NCBI GenBank assembly: GCA_964397195.1
Contig: CAYNGY010000005.1
Span: forward strand, 685-64,684
Direction of reading: 5' to 3'
Source: an uncultured Gammaproteobacteria bacterium
GTDB lineage: Bacteria > Patescibacteriota > Patescibacteriia > SBBC01 > CAIJZX01
DNA: 64,000 bases
In this document: piece after piece, positions 9,926-19,262 of the stretch
How the letters are laid out: each line of letters begins with the position of its first letter
Numbering within the stretch: position 1 is the stretch's first letter
Program-made: the position numbers and the translations under genes
The notes under the pieces: model-generated
What the model was told of the DNA's origin: nothing
What the model saw: only the letters and a program-made list of their open reading frames with translations
Database searches by the model: none

Positions 9926-11373
9926 GCCGGCGGGAGCACGTCGATGGTTTCCTGGCGCCGCACGACGCTCCACAGCAGACCAGCGGGAATCGCGCGCGTA
10001 GCAATAATCAACATGCCGTAGACAACCGAGCCGGCGACGAGCGCGACCCAGGGCTGAAGCGGGTGGAGATAGAATACAGTCGCCCACATCCCCAGGGCGG
10101 CGACCAAGACTTTCGGGGCGAACCGAAGGCCAATTCGGAATTTCATAACTCGGAAAATCAGGATGTATCCGATGAGCGGCGTGAGTGCCTCGGTCACAAT
10201 TGTCCCAATGGCGGCGCCGGTATACGACAGGGCTGGGATGAGTACCACATACGTCGCTACGCCGATCACGGCCACACTCAAGTACCCCCAGACCATCTGA
10301 CGTTGACGATTAATAATAGTCACTGTGTGCGCGGACAAGCTATTCAAGAATGACATGGTGACCGCAATCAGGAGCAGTCGGAGAACGCCGGCGGCGGGTG
10401 CGTACTCTTCTTTTCCGATGGCAACCAAAATATCACGAGACATAATCCAGCCGCCAACCAAGATCGGGGTGACCAAGATTAACAGTGTTTCAAATCCGCG
10501 CTGGAAAACGCGGATGAAGCCGTCGCGGTCATTCGTATTAAACGTCTTGCCGAGCGCTGGGAGGAGAAGTCCGACGAATATGGTCGGGAAAGTGATTAAA
10601 ATTTCGAGAACCTTGTAGGCGGCACCATATAAACCGACATCATAGGCGCTTTTATGAAAAACGTTGAGTAAGATGGTGTCGGCCTTAAAGTAGATAAGAC
10701 TGAGGACGATCGAGATGGAGACCGGCAATGTATCGCGGAGGATCGTCCGCCAGTAGGCCCAGTCAAATCGTGGTCGGAGCGCCACGAGTCGGCGTGCCGT
10801 CAGCACAATGATACCGAGATTAACTAGGCTTCCGAGGGCGACGGCGAGCATGAGGCCATTCAGTCCGCCGTTGAGCATCACCACCGCCCAGGTCGCAGCC
10901 AACAGCGTGGCCCGGCCCGCCAGCTCACCAACAACTACCCAGACCGTATTGTAATTCGCTTGGAAAACCGCAACGAGGAGTTGGGTTCCGGCGACCGCAA
11001 AAAAAGATAGCGCTCCAATTTGAATAGCCTCTTTGACCGGAATTCCATAGAACGGCAGGGCCCAGGCCGCCACCGCGCTCCCAAGGAGGACAATAGCCGC
11101 TGAGGTCCAGCGAATTCCTAAAAGATTGCCGACAACAAAGTTTCGGTCCGCGCCCGGCTTGCTTAGCTCGCGCGACAGAATCAAATACAAACCGAGGTCG
11201 GCAACAACGGAAAAGAAACTAACGTAGGCCATGGCCGCTGTATAGGCACCGAAGCCATCCGGTTTTAAGTAGCGCTGCATGACGGCCACGATCAAAACAC
11301 CGATGACCGTACCAACTATTTTCCCGCCGAACTGCAGGATGGTGTTCCGCCCGACGGCGCGTGCGTAGGACAT
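9922..11373 (-). CDS. Wzx/MurJ-like polysaccharide flippase
   Basis: Many TM helices; DLGL, DTILL, VGLYGAAYK and GAAIGT motifs. Confidence 0.92.
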   Translation of the reverse strand: MSYARAVGRNTILQFGGKIVGTVIGVLIVAVMQRYLKPDGFGAYTAAMAYVSFFSVVADLGLYLILSRELSKPGADRNFVVGNLLGIRWTSAAIVLLGSAVAAWALPFYGIPVKEAIQIGALSFFAVAGTQLLVAVFQANYNTVWVVVGELAGRATLLAATWAVVMLNGGLNGLMLAVALGSLVNLGIIVLTARRLVALRPRFDWAYWRTILRDTLPVSISIVLSLIYFKADTILLNVFHKSAYDVGLYGAAYKVLEILITFPTIFVGLLLPALGKTFNTNDRDGFIRVFQRGFETLLILVTPILVGGWIMSRDILVAIGKEEYAPAAGVLRLLLIAVTMSFLNSLSAHTVTIINRQRQMVWGYLSVAVIGVATYVVLIPALSYTGAAIGTIVTEALTPLIGYILIFRVMKFRIGLRFAPKVLVAALGMWATVFYLHPLQPWVALVAGSVVYGMLIIATRAIPAGLLWSVVRRQETIDVLPPA

Positions 11374-11435
11374 AAAAATCGCACAGACTGTACCATTTTC
11401 AACCCTCAGAGTCAATCAAATATGCCTCAAAAATA

Positions 11436-11464
11436 TTGACACCACGGCCCAAACATGATATACT
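11436..11464 (+). promoter_or_regulatory. near-consensus sigma70 promoter
   Basis: TTGACA-17 bp-TATACT with TG extension. Confidence 0.8.
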
Positions 11465-11603
11465 ACCGTGGTCACAAACAGTGCGCCTGTTTCTGTACAC
11501 CGCGCCGTTTGTTCAATCTCATACACAGCTTTAATCGCATGCATGGACACGGAGGATCCGGTTGGGGGTCTCTCTTTTTTGTGTCTCTGTTGCGCCATTC
11601 CTC

Positions 11604-11948
11604 ATGAACGACACGCCTTGGTCTAATCGAATTTCCTATGCGCGGCCGCACCGCGATGTTCGAGTGAAACTACTTGAGCAGTTGCAGCAGGATGGATTAA
11701 ACGAAAATGAAATTTTTGTGCCCGAGCTCGGGAGCGAGGATTTTTATCGACTGATTCAAGATGCCGAAGCGTTCTCGAATGAGCTTGGGGCCACCGACGG
11801 TGCCTGCCCGATTCGGGCCGGACGCTGGCTGAATCGGGTCGCGCTAACAATTACAAAAAAGTCCTATCTTGAATTGCCACTAGCTCGACGTGAAGCGATT
11901 GCCCACGCCGCCATCATGCTGGGCGGTAAACCAGAGCTGCTCCGTTAG
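11604..11948 (+). CDS. orphan hypothetical protein
   Basis: 114-aa ORF from ATG, downstream of a consensus promoter and convergent on the PH-domain gene. Confidence 0.6.
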   Translation: MNDTPWSNRISYARPHRDVRVKLLEQLQQDGLNENEIFVPELGSEDFYRLIQDAEAFSNELGATDGACPIRAGRWLNRVALTITKKSYLELPLARREAIAHAAIMLGGKPELLR

Positions 11949-12523
11949 CCTTTTGGCTGTCCTGTCCGCTCCTCATGCATGAGCGGTGTGTTGTGATTGC
12001 GCATGACATTGTCGGTTAACGACAAGATCGTCCGCACCACGAGCTCCGGGTTAGGAACCTGCTCAAAGAAGAAGCGCTCTTTCTCGCCAGCTGTTTGAAT
12101 ATACACGTTCCCATAGCGAAAAAGGTGAGCGAGGGCGCCGTTTACTTCACTCGTGACATCTTGGATGCGATATAACGGCTGTTCGGCGATTGTTCGCGAC
12201 AAGAGTCCGCTCTGTTCGATGTCGACCACGCGTTTGTTGGTGACAATAAAGACATCAAGATAATAGTCGAGCCAAAAACCATACAGGAGCGTCAGCAAGA
12301 AGAGATAAAACAGGGCGAAGAAAAGCACAAGCGCGCCGTGGCCGACGCTGGTGACCGGGAGACGACTGTCTGAGAGCTCCGTCCATCCCCAGAGAAGCGC
12401 CGCTGGCACAATCGCCATCACAGCTAACCTGACTACGTCCTTCATGAATGGGATCCAGTGCCGATGAAGCACCAAGAGAATTTTTTCGTCGGGCTGTTGC
12501 CCCGCGAAAGCGTAATCGGTCAT
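11945..12523 (-). CDS. bacterial PH-domain (bPH_2) membrane protein
   Basis: Two TM, then VTNKRVVDIEQ...IQDV...YGNVYIQTAG; ATGA coupling. Confidence 0.85.
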   Translation of the reverse strand: MTDYAFAGQQPDEKILLVLHRHWIPFMKDVVRLAVMAIVPAALLWGWTELSDSRLPVTSVGHGALVLFFALFYLFLLTLLYGFWLDYYLDVFIVTNKRVVDIEQSGLLSRTIAEQPLYRIQDVTSEVNGALAHLFRYGNVYIQTAGEKERFFFEQVPNPELVVRTILSLTDNVMRNHNTPLMHEERTGQPKG

Positions 12524-12774
12524 AGTGTGCCTCCCGATGTGGTGCCCGGAAACGATATCGTCCAGGAGGCGCTCCAATCAACGCTACGAACGAGGAGCGC
12601 GCCAAGTGCCACCATGATAACGAAGACGACGAGGTAGGCGAGTGTAGCGACGAGAATGTGCCGATCACGATTTGCAAATCTGACCCCAAAGACGACGTGT
12701 GTGGCCGCGATCGACAGAATCACAACAAACAAGGCGAGCGCAACCCAGAGAACGACAACGGCGGGGATGGTCAC
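12520..12774 (-). CDS. small two-TM membrane protein
   Basis: Start and stop overlap both ruvB and the PH-domain gene. Confidence 0.7.
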   Translation of the reverse strand: MTIPAVVVLWVALALFVVILSIAATHVVFGVRFANRDRHILVATLAYLVVFVIMVALGALLVRSVDWSASWTISFPGTTSGGTL

Positions 12775-13802
12775 AGGAGTGTGCCCTCCGTTGACGCCGG
12801 TCGTGGGCGCCCCAGGTGGTCGTAGGCGGCTGGCGTGACCACGCGGCCCCGTGGGGTACGTGCGAGAAATCCAATCTGCATGAGAAATGGCTCATAGACA
12901 TCCTCGAGCGTATCAGTTTCTTCGGCGACGGCGGCGGCGAGCGTGCTCAGTCCAACCGGTCCGCCATTAAACTTGTCGATAATGTATTCAAGTAAGCGCC
13001 GATCGAGTGGATCAAGCCCAAGTTGGTCGATATCAAGGGCGGCCAGCGCGGCGGTAGCGAGGTCAACCGTAATACGTCCTTGCCCATGAACCTCCGCGTA
13101 GTCACGGACCCGACGGAGAAGCCGGTTGGCGACCCGCGGCGTTCGGCGCGAACGAGTGGCAATGACTTCGGCGGCGGCCGGATCCATCGCGGCCTTCAGG
13201 ATGGTGGCTGAGCGTTGGAGAATCTTGACGAGCTCGTCGGTTTCGTAAAATTCTAACCGATAGGTCACGCCGAAACGATCGCGTAGCGGTCCCGAGAGAA
13301 GCGAGAGCCGGGTCGTGGCGCCGATGAGCGTAAAACGGGGGAGCTCGAGCCGAACGGTTCTAGCTGACGGCCCCTTCCCGATGACGATATCGAGTTTGTA
13401 ATCTTCCATGGCCGGGTACAACACTTCCTCAACCGCCCGGTTCAAGCGATGAATCTCATCAATAAATAACATCCCGCCCGGCTCAAGATTGGTCAGAATC
13501 GCCGCTAAATCGCCGGCCCGTTCAATGGCGGGACCCGAGGTGACGCGAATATCGGCGCCAACTTCGTGCGCAAGGACATGGGCGAGCGTCGTTTTTCCAA
13601 GACCGGGCGCCCCGTGCAACAGCACGTGGTCGAGCGGCTCCTTTCGTTTGATGGCCGCCTGTAAAAACGTCATCAGGCTCGGTCGAATCTGCTTTTGGCC
13701 GATGTATTCTTCCAGCTTTGATGGGCGCAGGGAGACGTCTAAATCAACCTCGCCCGGCTGGGTGTTGGTCGTCAGGATGCGCGCTTCATCGTCGACAGGC
13801 AT
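12771..13802 (-). CDS. ruvB: Holliday junction branch-migration helicase RuvB
   Basis: LRP...[32 protein letters not shown]. Confidence 0.98.
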   Translation of the reverse strand: MPVDDEARILTTNTQPGEVDLDVSLRPSKLEEYIGQKQIRPSLMTFLQAAIKRKEPLDHVLLHGAPGLGKTTLAHVLAHEVGADIRVTSGPAIERAGDLAAILTNLEPGGMLFIDEIHRLNRAVEEVLYPAMEDYKLDIVIGKGPSARTVRLELPRFTLIGATTRLSLLSGPLRDRFGVTYRLEFYETDELVKILQRSATILKAAMDPAAAEVIATRSRRTPRVANRLLRRVRDYAEVHGQGRITVDLATAALAALDIDQLGLDPLDRRLLEYIIDKFNGGPVGLSTLAAAVAEETDTLEDVYEPFLMQIGFLARTPRGRVVTPAAYDHLGRPRPASTEGTLL

Positions 13803-13855
13803 ATGCCGAGTATACCCTTTTTTGGCTAAGGTATCAACTCTTTCCGGGGCCCCTC

Positions 13856-13884
13856 TTGACAAAAACCCCACCCTATGATAGGTT
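13856..13884 (+). promoter_or_regulatory. sigma70 promoter divergent from ruvB
   Basis: TTGACA-17 bp-TAGGTT with TG extension. Confidence 0.65.
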
Positions 13885-13897
13885 GTCCAGTCACGCA

Positions 13898-14131
13898 CGT
13901 TTCATAGCCGAATGCGCATCATTGGTGCCAACGAATCTGTGGGCACGACAAGCATGGGGACCAGTCCATGGCTTTGTCGGGTCCTGACCTGACAACGACC
14001 AGAGATCGGTCTTCTTGCCCACAGGTTCGTTGGCGTCATTTTGTATCCGGCGCAAACGAATAAATCCACCACGACGCAGGACGCGTCGTTCGCATGGACC
14101 CCATCCCGAGTATGGAATTTCGGGACTATGC
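13898..14131 (+). ncRNA. candidate structured RNA or 5' leader of unknown family
   Basis: Uninterrupted 23-bp helix 13923-13945/14016-14038 with three G-U pairs, extended by 13907-13916/14042-14051; internal and downstream hairpins. Confidence 0.6.
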
Positions 14132-14148
14132 CGCTTGGAGGAATCACG

Positions 14149-14457
14149 ATGATCCGCACGACCAGCACTGCTGCACTACGCGCCCGTCAGCCGAAGCCGT
14201 CTGTGTTCAAGCAGAACCGCGACCGGCAGCGTCGGGTGAAGTTCTTCTTCCTCTGGGCGAAGAATTCACGCCCGGTCGTCGCCGCGTTCGTGGCGCTGAT
14301 GGTCACGACCTTCATCGCGCTGACGCCGGCCCTCCTCAACGGCGGGGACGGCCTCGTGTTCGTGCTGTGGATGACGACCTTCGCGATGGCTTTTGCCGGC
14401 GCCTGGCAGTTCTTCGTCTGCGAGGCCGGCTACACCATCGACGACTGGCGGAAGTAG
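14149..14457 (+). CDS. small membrane protein with basic N-terminus and two TM, orphan
   Basis: GGAGGA SD before MIRTTS; strongly C/G-ending codons. Confidence 0.75.
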   Translation: MIRTTSTAALRARQPKPSVFKQNRDRQRRVKFFFLWAKNSRPVVAAFVALMVTTFIALTPALLNGGDGLVFVLWMTTFAMAFAGAWQFFVCEAGYTIDDWRK

Positions 14458-14577
14458 TCGCACATCGTGCGGCGGCTGGTCACTCGACGTAGGGCCTGGC
14501 AACACATCGCCGCCCTCTCAGGGTCGAGTCCAGCCGCCGTCAACAAACACGACCGCCTCGGCGGTCAAGCAGTACCT

Positions 14578-14611
14578 GCCCCGGTTCTACCAAGGACCGG
14601 GGTGACGTTTT
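14578..14611. terminator. terminator hairpin between convergent genes
   Basis: GCCCCGGTT...GACCGGGGT followed by GACGTTTT. Confidence 0.55.
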
Positions 14612-14613
14612 AT

Positions 14614-16593
14614 TTACGGCGCCGTGTTCGTGTTGGCGTCGGCAGCGCTATTCGTATTCGCTGGGGCGGAACTGTTTGTATTCGTTGGGGCATTCACATT
14701 CGCCGACGAGTTGGTGTTCGTGGCGGCTGGTTTCGGAGCGGCTTTTTTCCCGACCCGGCAAATGACGCCGATCGCACGATAATGACTGGTGAAGGTTTGG
14801 GTTTTACTCGTGCCGTCCGCTTTGGTCACTGTGTAGGTTGCAATGGCATCGGCGCCCGGGTGACCCGGGGTTTGGCATTGCTTTTGTCCCGGTTTTAAGT
14901 CTGACGTTTCAACAGTGGTTGTCTTAGGGATGGCGACGCGATTGAAGACCTTCGGTGTTGGAAGGGTCACCGTTCGGCCGTCTTTTGTCCCATACAGACG
15001 GAAGATGAGATATGTTCCGCTGACTTCGGTTTGGAGTAATAGGGGACCATCGTAGTCGTTTCGGAAACGCAGGTCCGGTTTCGGTTCGTAAATGGTCGCA
15101 TCGAGTCCAACCGGTGGCTCGTAATAACTGATGCGCAAGGAGTGATTCATGCGCTCAACGATCGGCAATCCGGCATTGAGCGCGGCACGGAAGAGTGTCG
15201 TCGCCACCTGGCACAGCCCGCCGCCAAACTCCGGCGTAATTTTTGACCCCTTGATAACTAGCTCCGGTTTCCAACCGTGTGCGCCGTCTATCTTCCCTAG
15301 CGCCGTGACGAGAGAGAAGGTTTCACCTGGCTGAATCAGTAATCCGTTCAACAACTTCGCACCGTATGACAGGTTGTACTTGCGATTGGTCGGACTCCCA
15401 CGGAAATTCGTTTTTCCCTCGGCTACCAGCTCAGTAATACCGAGATTATTATTGGCAACGCCTTCTGAAATTGGTCGCGTTTCCTTAACGGCGACAGCAA
15501 CGGATTTTTCTGTGCCATCAAGGAGTGTGTTCAGGCGGCGAATTGTTTCGCTGATGTCGAGCGATCGACCAACCTGGCTCGTCGAAAAGGCTTGTACGCG
15601 GCCATCAGTAATCGTGAAGCGCGCTTCTTGCGCTTTTGTGTCGATATCGCCTCGGAGCTTCTCGAGATAGGCGCCGGTTTTTTTCGTATCAAAACCAACT
15701 TGCGGCGTTCCATTTGTACCCGCCCGAAACCCCAGCAGGCCGCGGAGGGACGCCTTGGTGATCGTCCACGTTTTAGCGTCGAGGGTAAGTGTGATCGGCG
15801 CGCGATCGAGGATGCTCGGCACACTGCTCGTCGCGATGGATTCGAGATTTGCCGACTTGGGAAATGTTGGAGCAACCGCTTTGACCGGAACAGCCACCGT
15901 CGGTAACGTCAGCGCTTGGATGTGTCGACTCATGGATTTCGCAGCGGATGCGATATCTGGATTCTTCCAGTCTACTTCCGTATTAATTGTGATGGTGTCG
16001 TCGCTGGCGATATTAATAGCGGCGTCTGTCGGCTGTGTCACAAAGGTAGCCGTATCATCGGCGAGCAGTTTTTGAATGTCTTCGGTCGCGACCGTCACGT
16101 GACCAAACGCATGTGGTCGGCCAACCCACCCGCTTACGCGTTCGCGGATCTGTTGCCAAATGTTCCCACGATGCCCAAAGTGGATCGCCTCATTCACGCT
16201 AGCCACTGGATCAAACGTAGCATACTCAAGAATGGTGTCGTCCGGCCCAGCAGTTACGACCTGATAAGTAAGTGTTTTGTCGCTAATAGTAAATTTCATG
16301 TCCCCGGCCTGAATTTGCTCCCACGCGGTTTCAACTTTTTTGAGCGCCGCCATGCCATCGAGACCGCCAACATCAACGCCGGCAATCGTCACACCCGAGA
16401 CAAGGCCGGTTGATTCGTGGGCATAGGCGAAGACGGCCGTGCCGAGCCCGAGAACCACGACCGCACCCAAAACAGTACCACCGATGATCCACGGTCGCTT
16501 TGATGCCGTCGCCTTCGTTTCCGGCGCACTACTTGGCGCTACCGGGGAGGAGGGAATTGAGGTCGTCGAGTTTTTCTTCTTCGGTTGGCTCAT
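14614..16593 (-). CDS. VanW/YoaR-family membrane-anchored protein with PG_binding_4 region
   Basis: GGGLCQVATTLFRAALNAGLPIVER..HS, GLDATIY and DLRFRND motifs; TM anchor; Asn-rich tail. Confidence 0.92.
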   Translation of the reverse strand: MSQPKKKNSTTSIPSSPVAPSSAPETKATASKRPWIIGGTVLGAVVVLGLGTAVFAYAHESTGLVSGVTIAGVDVGGLDGMAALKKVETAWEQIQAGDMKFTISDKTLTYQVVTAGPDDTILEYATFDPVASVNEAIHFGHRGNIWQQIRERVSGWVGRPHAFGHVTVATEDIQKLLADDTATFVTQPTDAAINIASDDTITINTEVDWKNPDIASAAKSMSRHIQALTLPTVAVPVKAVAPTFPKSANLESIATSSVPSILDRAPITLTLDAKTWTITKASLRGLLGFRAGTNGTPQVGFDTKKTGAYLEKLRGDIDTKAQEARFTITDGRVQAFSTSQVGRSLDISETIRRLNTLLDGTEKSVAVAVKETRPISEGVANNNLGITELVAEGKTNFRGSPTNRKYNLSYGAKLLNGLLIQPGETFSLVTALGKIDGAHGWKPELVIKGSKITPEFGGGLCQVATTLFRAALNAGLPIVERMNHSLRISYYEPPVGLDATIYEPKPDLRFRNDYDGPLLLQTEVSGTYLIFRLYGTKDGRTVTLPTPKVFNRVAIPKTTTVETSDLKPGQKQCQTPGHPGADAIATYTVTKADGTSKTQTFTSHYRAIGVICRVGKKAAPKPAATNTNSSANVNAPTNTNSSAPANTNSAADANTNTAP

Positions 16594-16726
16594 GTTCGAG
16601 ATTGATAGTCCAGACCTGTCCGACGGATGGCTCGGTCGGAAACGCATCACGTGGTAGTTCAAATTGTCCCTGATCGCCTTTCAGTATGACCACGGACGGG
16701 TGGGCGGCGATGACGGTGACGTTCAT
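16529..16726 (-). CDS. small hypothetical protein (DUF3006-like)
   Basis: ATGA-coupled to Hsp20; overlaps the VanW start by 65 nt. Confidence 0.55.
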   Translation of the reverse strand: MNVTVIAAHPSVVILKGDQGQFELPRDAFPTEPSVGQVWTINLEHEPTEEEKLDDLNSLLPGSAK

Positions 16727-17160
16727 GCCTCGTCCTCTTCGTCAACGACCGGAATAGCCTCTTGGCGCTGTTCGGCCGCCTTGGGCAGCGTTACGCGTAG
16801 GATACCATTTTTTAGGCTGGCTTTGACGGCCTCGGAGCGAACCGGGGTGGGGAGAATAATGGTCCGCGAGAACCCGCCCCAATAGCATTCTTGATAGAGA
16901 AAAACCCCCTCCGTCTCCTCATCGGCCACCTGGCGCATGCCTTTGATGGTGACCATGTCGTTGTTGACGCTAATATCTATGTCGTCGGCGGTTACACCGG
17001 CGATGGCCGCGCGGATCATAAAGGCATCAGCGCTCTCATAGACATCGATGGCGAGTTGCCCACTATAGTCTTTATCGAGCCAGGTATTGCCCGCGGTTTC
17101 CTCTGTCGCCGCAGCGAGCTTCTCAAAATAGGCTTCGTCGTCTGTTTTGGTCTTCGGCAT
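16723..17160 (-). CDS. Hsp20/alpha-crystallin small heat-shock protein
   Basis: IDVYE, AIAGV, GGFSRTIILP, ASLKNGILRVTLPK. Confidence 0.95.
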   Translation of the reverse strand: MPKTKTDDEAYFEKLAAATEETAGNTWLDKDYSGQLAIDVYESADAFMIRAAIAGVTADDIDISVNNDMVTIKGMRQVADEETEGVFLYQECYWGGFSRTIILPTPVRSEAVKASLKNGILRVTLPKAAEQRQEAIPVVDEEDEA

Positions 17161-17205
17161 GGGCGAACCATACCACTTTTTCTCTCGGACTTCAAGGCCC
17201 GTTGC

Positions 17206-17234
17206 TTGACCGCTTGGCTAAAACTGGCTATACT
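17206..17234 (+). promoter_or_regulatory. promoter of tRNA-Glu
   Basis: TTGACC-17 bp-TATACT. Confidence 0.75.
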
Positions 17235-17269
17235 CGCCCTGCTTTTTGGCCGCCGAAGCGGCTATTTGC

Positions 17270-17344
17270 GGCCTCATCGTCTAACGGTTAGGACATCGGC
17301 TTTTCAAGCCGGTAATCGGGGTTCGATTCCCCGTGGGGCTACCA
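17270..17344 (+). tRNA. tRNA-Glu (TTC)
   Basis: GGCCTCA/TGGGGCT acceptor, anticodon arm TCGGC-TTTTCAA-GCCGG, GGTTCGATTCC, encoded CCA. Confidence 0.97.
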
Positions 17345-17384
17345 AAGCCTTTTTCCGTCGAAATTATTCTTCTTTTTGCTGCTC

Positions 17385-19163
17385 ATGGGACGCATGCCGC
17401 TTGATCGTTCACTCGGTCTGATCAAATACTCCTATCGCGATTTTCTCCGTTTCGTCTGGTCTCTCGTCCGGCCATACCGAGCGCGTTTTTGGTGGGCGAC
17501 GGCATTACGACTTTCGGCCGACCTTGTCTGGCTCTATCCGTCGTATGGGATTGCCCGGGCGATAACCATCCTCGGACGCCCGCAGAGCGATCATGTCCCC
17601 CATGAGGTAATCATGATCGGGGTGTGGTGGGGGCTGGCCACGATCTGGAGAACGATTTCCATGTACCTGTCGCAATACTACGGCTTCGGCGTCGCCGAGC
17701 GAGCGGGGATAGATGCCCAGCGGATGACAACCGCCCACCTGCTCCGGCTCGACATGTCGTGGCAACAGCGTGAAGGCGCGGGAAACAAGATGAAGCGCAT
17801 CGATCGCGGCTCATTGGCGGTGACCCGCAGTGTCCGAATTTGGTTTATGGCGGCGGTTGAGATTTTTGTGAACCTGTTTGGCATGATTTTTATCATTTCC
17901 CGTATTACACCGGGCCTTGGCCTCGGACTCGTCGTGTTTGTGGTGACTTTCTTGGTGTTGTCGACATTTATGACCCGCTACGCGTCGGCGATGGAGACGA
18001 TTGTCGATGAAAAAGAAGAGGAAATCCACGGCCTCGCCTTTGAGGGCGTCAATAACATTCGGACCGTTAAGACGCTCGACCTTGGCCCGACGATTATGCG
18101 TCGGCTGGAAACGGAATGGAATGATTTGTTCAAAAAGATTCAGACCCGCATCCGACGTTTCCGAAACCGCAGTACGGTTCTCAACACCTGGGGCCAGTTA
18201 TTTCGGTATGTCAGCATGGCCATTGTCGTCGTGGGGATCGTCCACGGGCATTACACCATCGGATTTTTGGTTTTATTCCAAACCTATTTTAACCGGCTGT
18301 GGGAATCGGTGAACCAAATTTCGGAGCTCGCCCCGGATATCGTGACTGCGAAGTACGCCGTGGCTCGCATCGCTCACATTTTAAACGAACCCGTTCAGAT
18401 CGACCGGACGGAAGGGAAGCGACCATTTCCGACATCGTGGTCGATGCTGACGATAGGCGATCTGTCGTTTTCATATGAGTCGACGCCGGTGCTTGAGCAC
18501 ATCTCGCTGAGCGTGAGGCGGGGTGAGCGCGTTGGCATCGTCGGATTGTCGGGCGCCGGGAAGTCGACCCTCTTCAAGTTGCTTCTGAAAGAGCATGAGG
18601 CCACGATCGGGAATATTCATCTCGACGATGTGCCACTGATCGACATCGACCGCCGCGACTATCTCCGTTCCGTGGCCGCAGTGCTACAAGATACCGAGGT
18701 CTTTAACTACACCTTACGGGAAAATATTACCATTGCGCGTCCGGACGGCACCGAGGCAGAGCTGCAGGAGGCGCTGGCCGTGGCCCACGTTCAGGACTTC
18801 CTCCACAAACTCCCGAAGGGGCTTGACACGATCATTGGTGAAAAAGGATTCCGATTGTCGGGCGGCGAAAAACAGCGCGTCGGGCTCGCCCGGGCCATTT
18901 TTAAACGGCCACAACTCCTTTTACTTGATGAGGCCACGTCTCATCTCGACATCGAATCGGAGCGGAGTATCCAGGATTCCCTGCAGCACGTTTTCCGCTC
19001 GGTGACCGCCATCGTCATCGCTCACCGCCTGACAACCATCCAACAAATGGATCGCATCTTGGTTTTAGAGCAAGGTCACATCCTCGAGTCCGGATCGTTT
19101 GCGGAGCTGCTGGCGGCGAATGGACGATTCGCCACGCTCTGGAACCAACAGCAACTCTCATAG
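17385..19163 (+). CDS. ABC exporter, fused permease/ATPase
   Basis: TM domain plus GLSGAGKS, LSGGEKQR, LLLLDEATS and IAHRL; start uncertain (17376/17385/17394). Confidence 0.95.
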   Translation: MGRMPLDRSLGLIKYSYRDFLRFVWSLVRPYRARFWWATALRLSADLVWLYPSYGIARAITILGRPQSDHVPHEVIMIGVWWGLATIWRTISMYLSQYYGFGVAERAGIDAQRMTTAHLLRLDMSWQQREGAGNKMKRIDRGSLAVTRSVRIWFMAAVEIFVNLFGMIFIISRITPGLGLGLVVFVVTFLVLSTFMTRYASAMETIVDEKEEEIHGLAFEGVNNIRTVKTLDLGPTIMRRLETEWNDLFKKIQTRIRRFRNRSTVLNTWGQLFRYVSMAIVVVGIVHGHYTIGFLVLFQTYFNRLWESVNQISELAPDIVTAKYAVARIAHILNEPVQIDRTEGKRPFPTSWSMLTIGDLSFSYESTPVLEHISLSVRRGERVGIVGLSGAGKSTLFKLLLKEHEATIGNIHLDDVPLIDIDRRDYLRSVAAVLQDTEVFNYTLRENITIARPDGTEAELQEALAVAHVQDFLHKLPKGLDTIIGEKGFRLSGGEKQRVGLARAIFKRPQLLLLDEATSHLDIESERSIQDSLQHVFRSVTAIVIAHRLTTIQQMDRILVLEQGHILESGSFAELLAANGRFATLWNQQQLS

Positions 19164-19201
19164 TGCCGCCATCGGCTGGGGGTTTTTGTATGTCGCCGGG
19201 C

Positions 19202-19257
19202 TTGACGGCCAGCCGGGATGGTATATCATAAAGATATCATTACGATACTTATCCACA
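19202..19257 (+). promoter_or_regulatory. promoter with ATATCAT repeats (possible RHH operator) and a perfect DnaA box
   Basis: TTGACG-16 bp-TATCAT; ATATCAT twice; TTATCCACA at 19249-19257. Confidence 0.5.
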
Positions 19258-19262
19258 CCCGT

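Noticed and set aside
13898-14058. Retron msr-msd reading of the long inverted repeat
   Set aside because: No reverse transcriptase gene in the window; kept only as an unknown structured RNA
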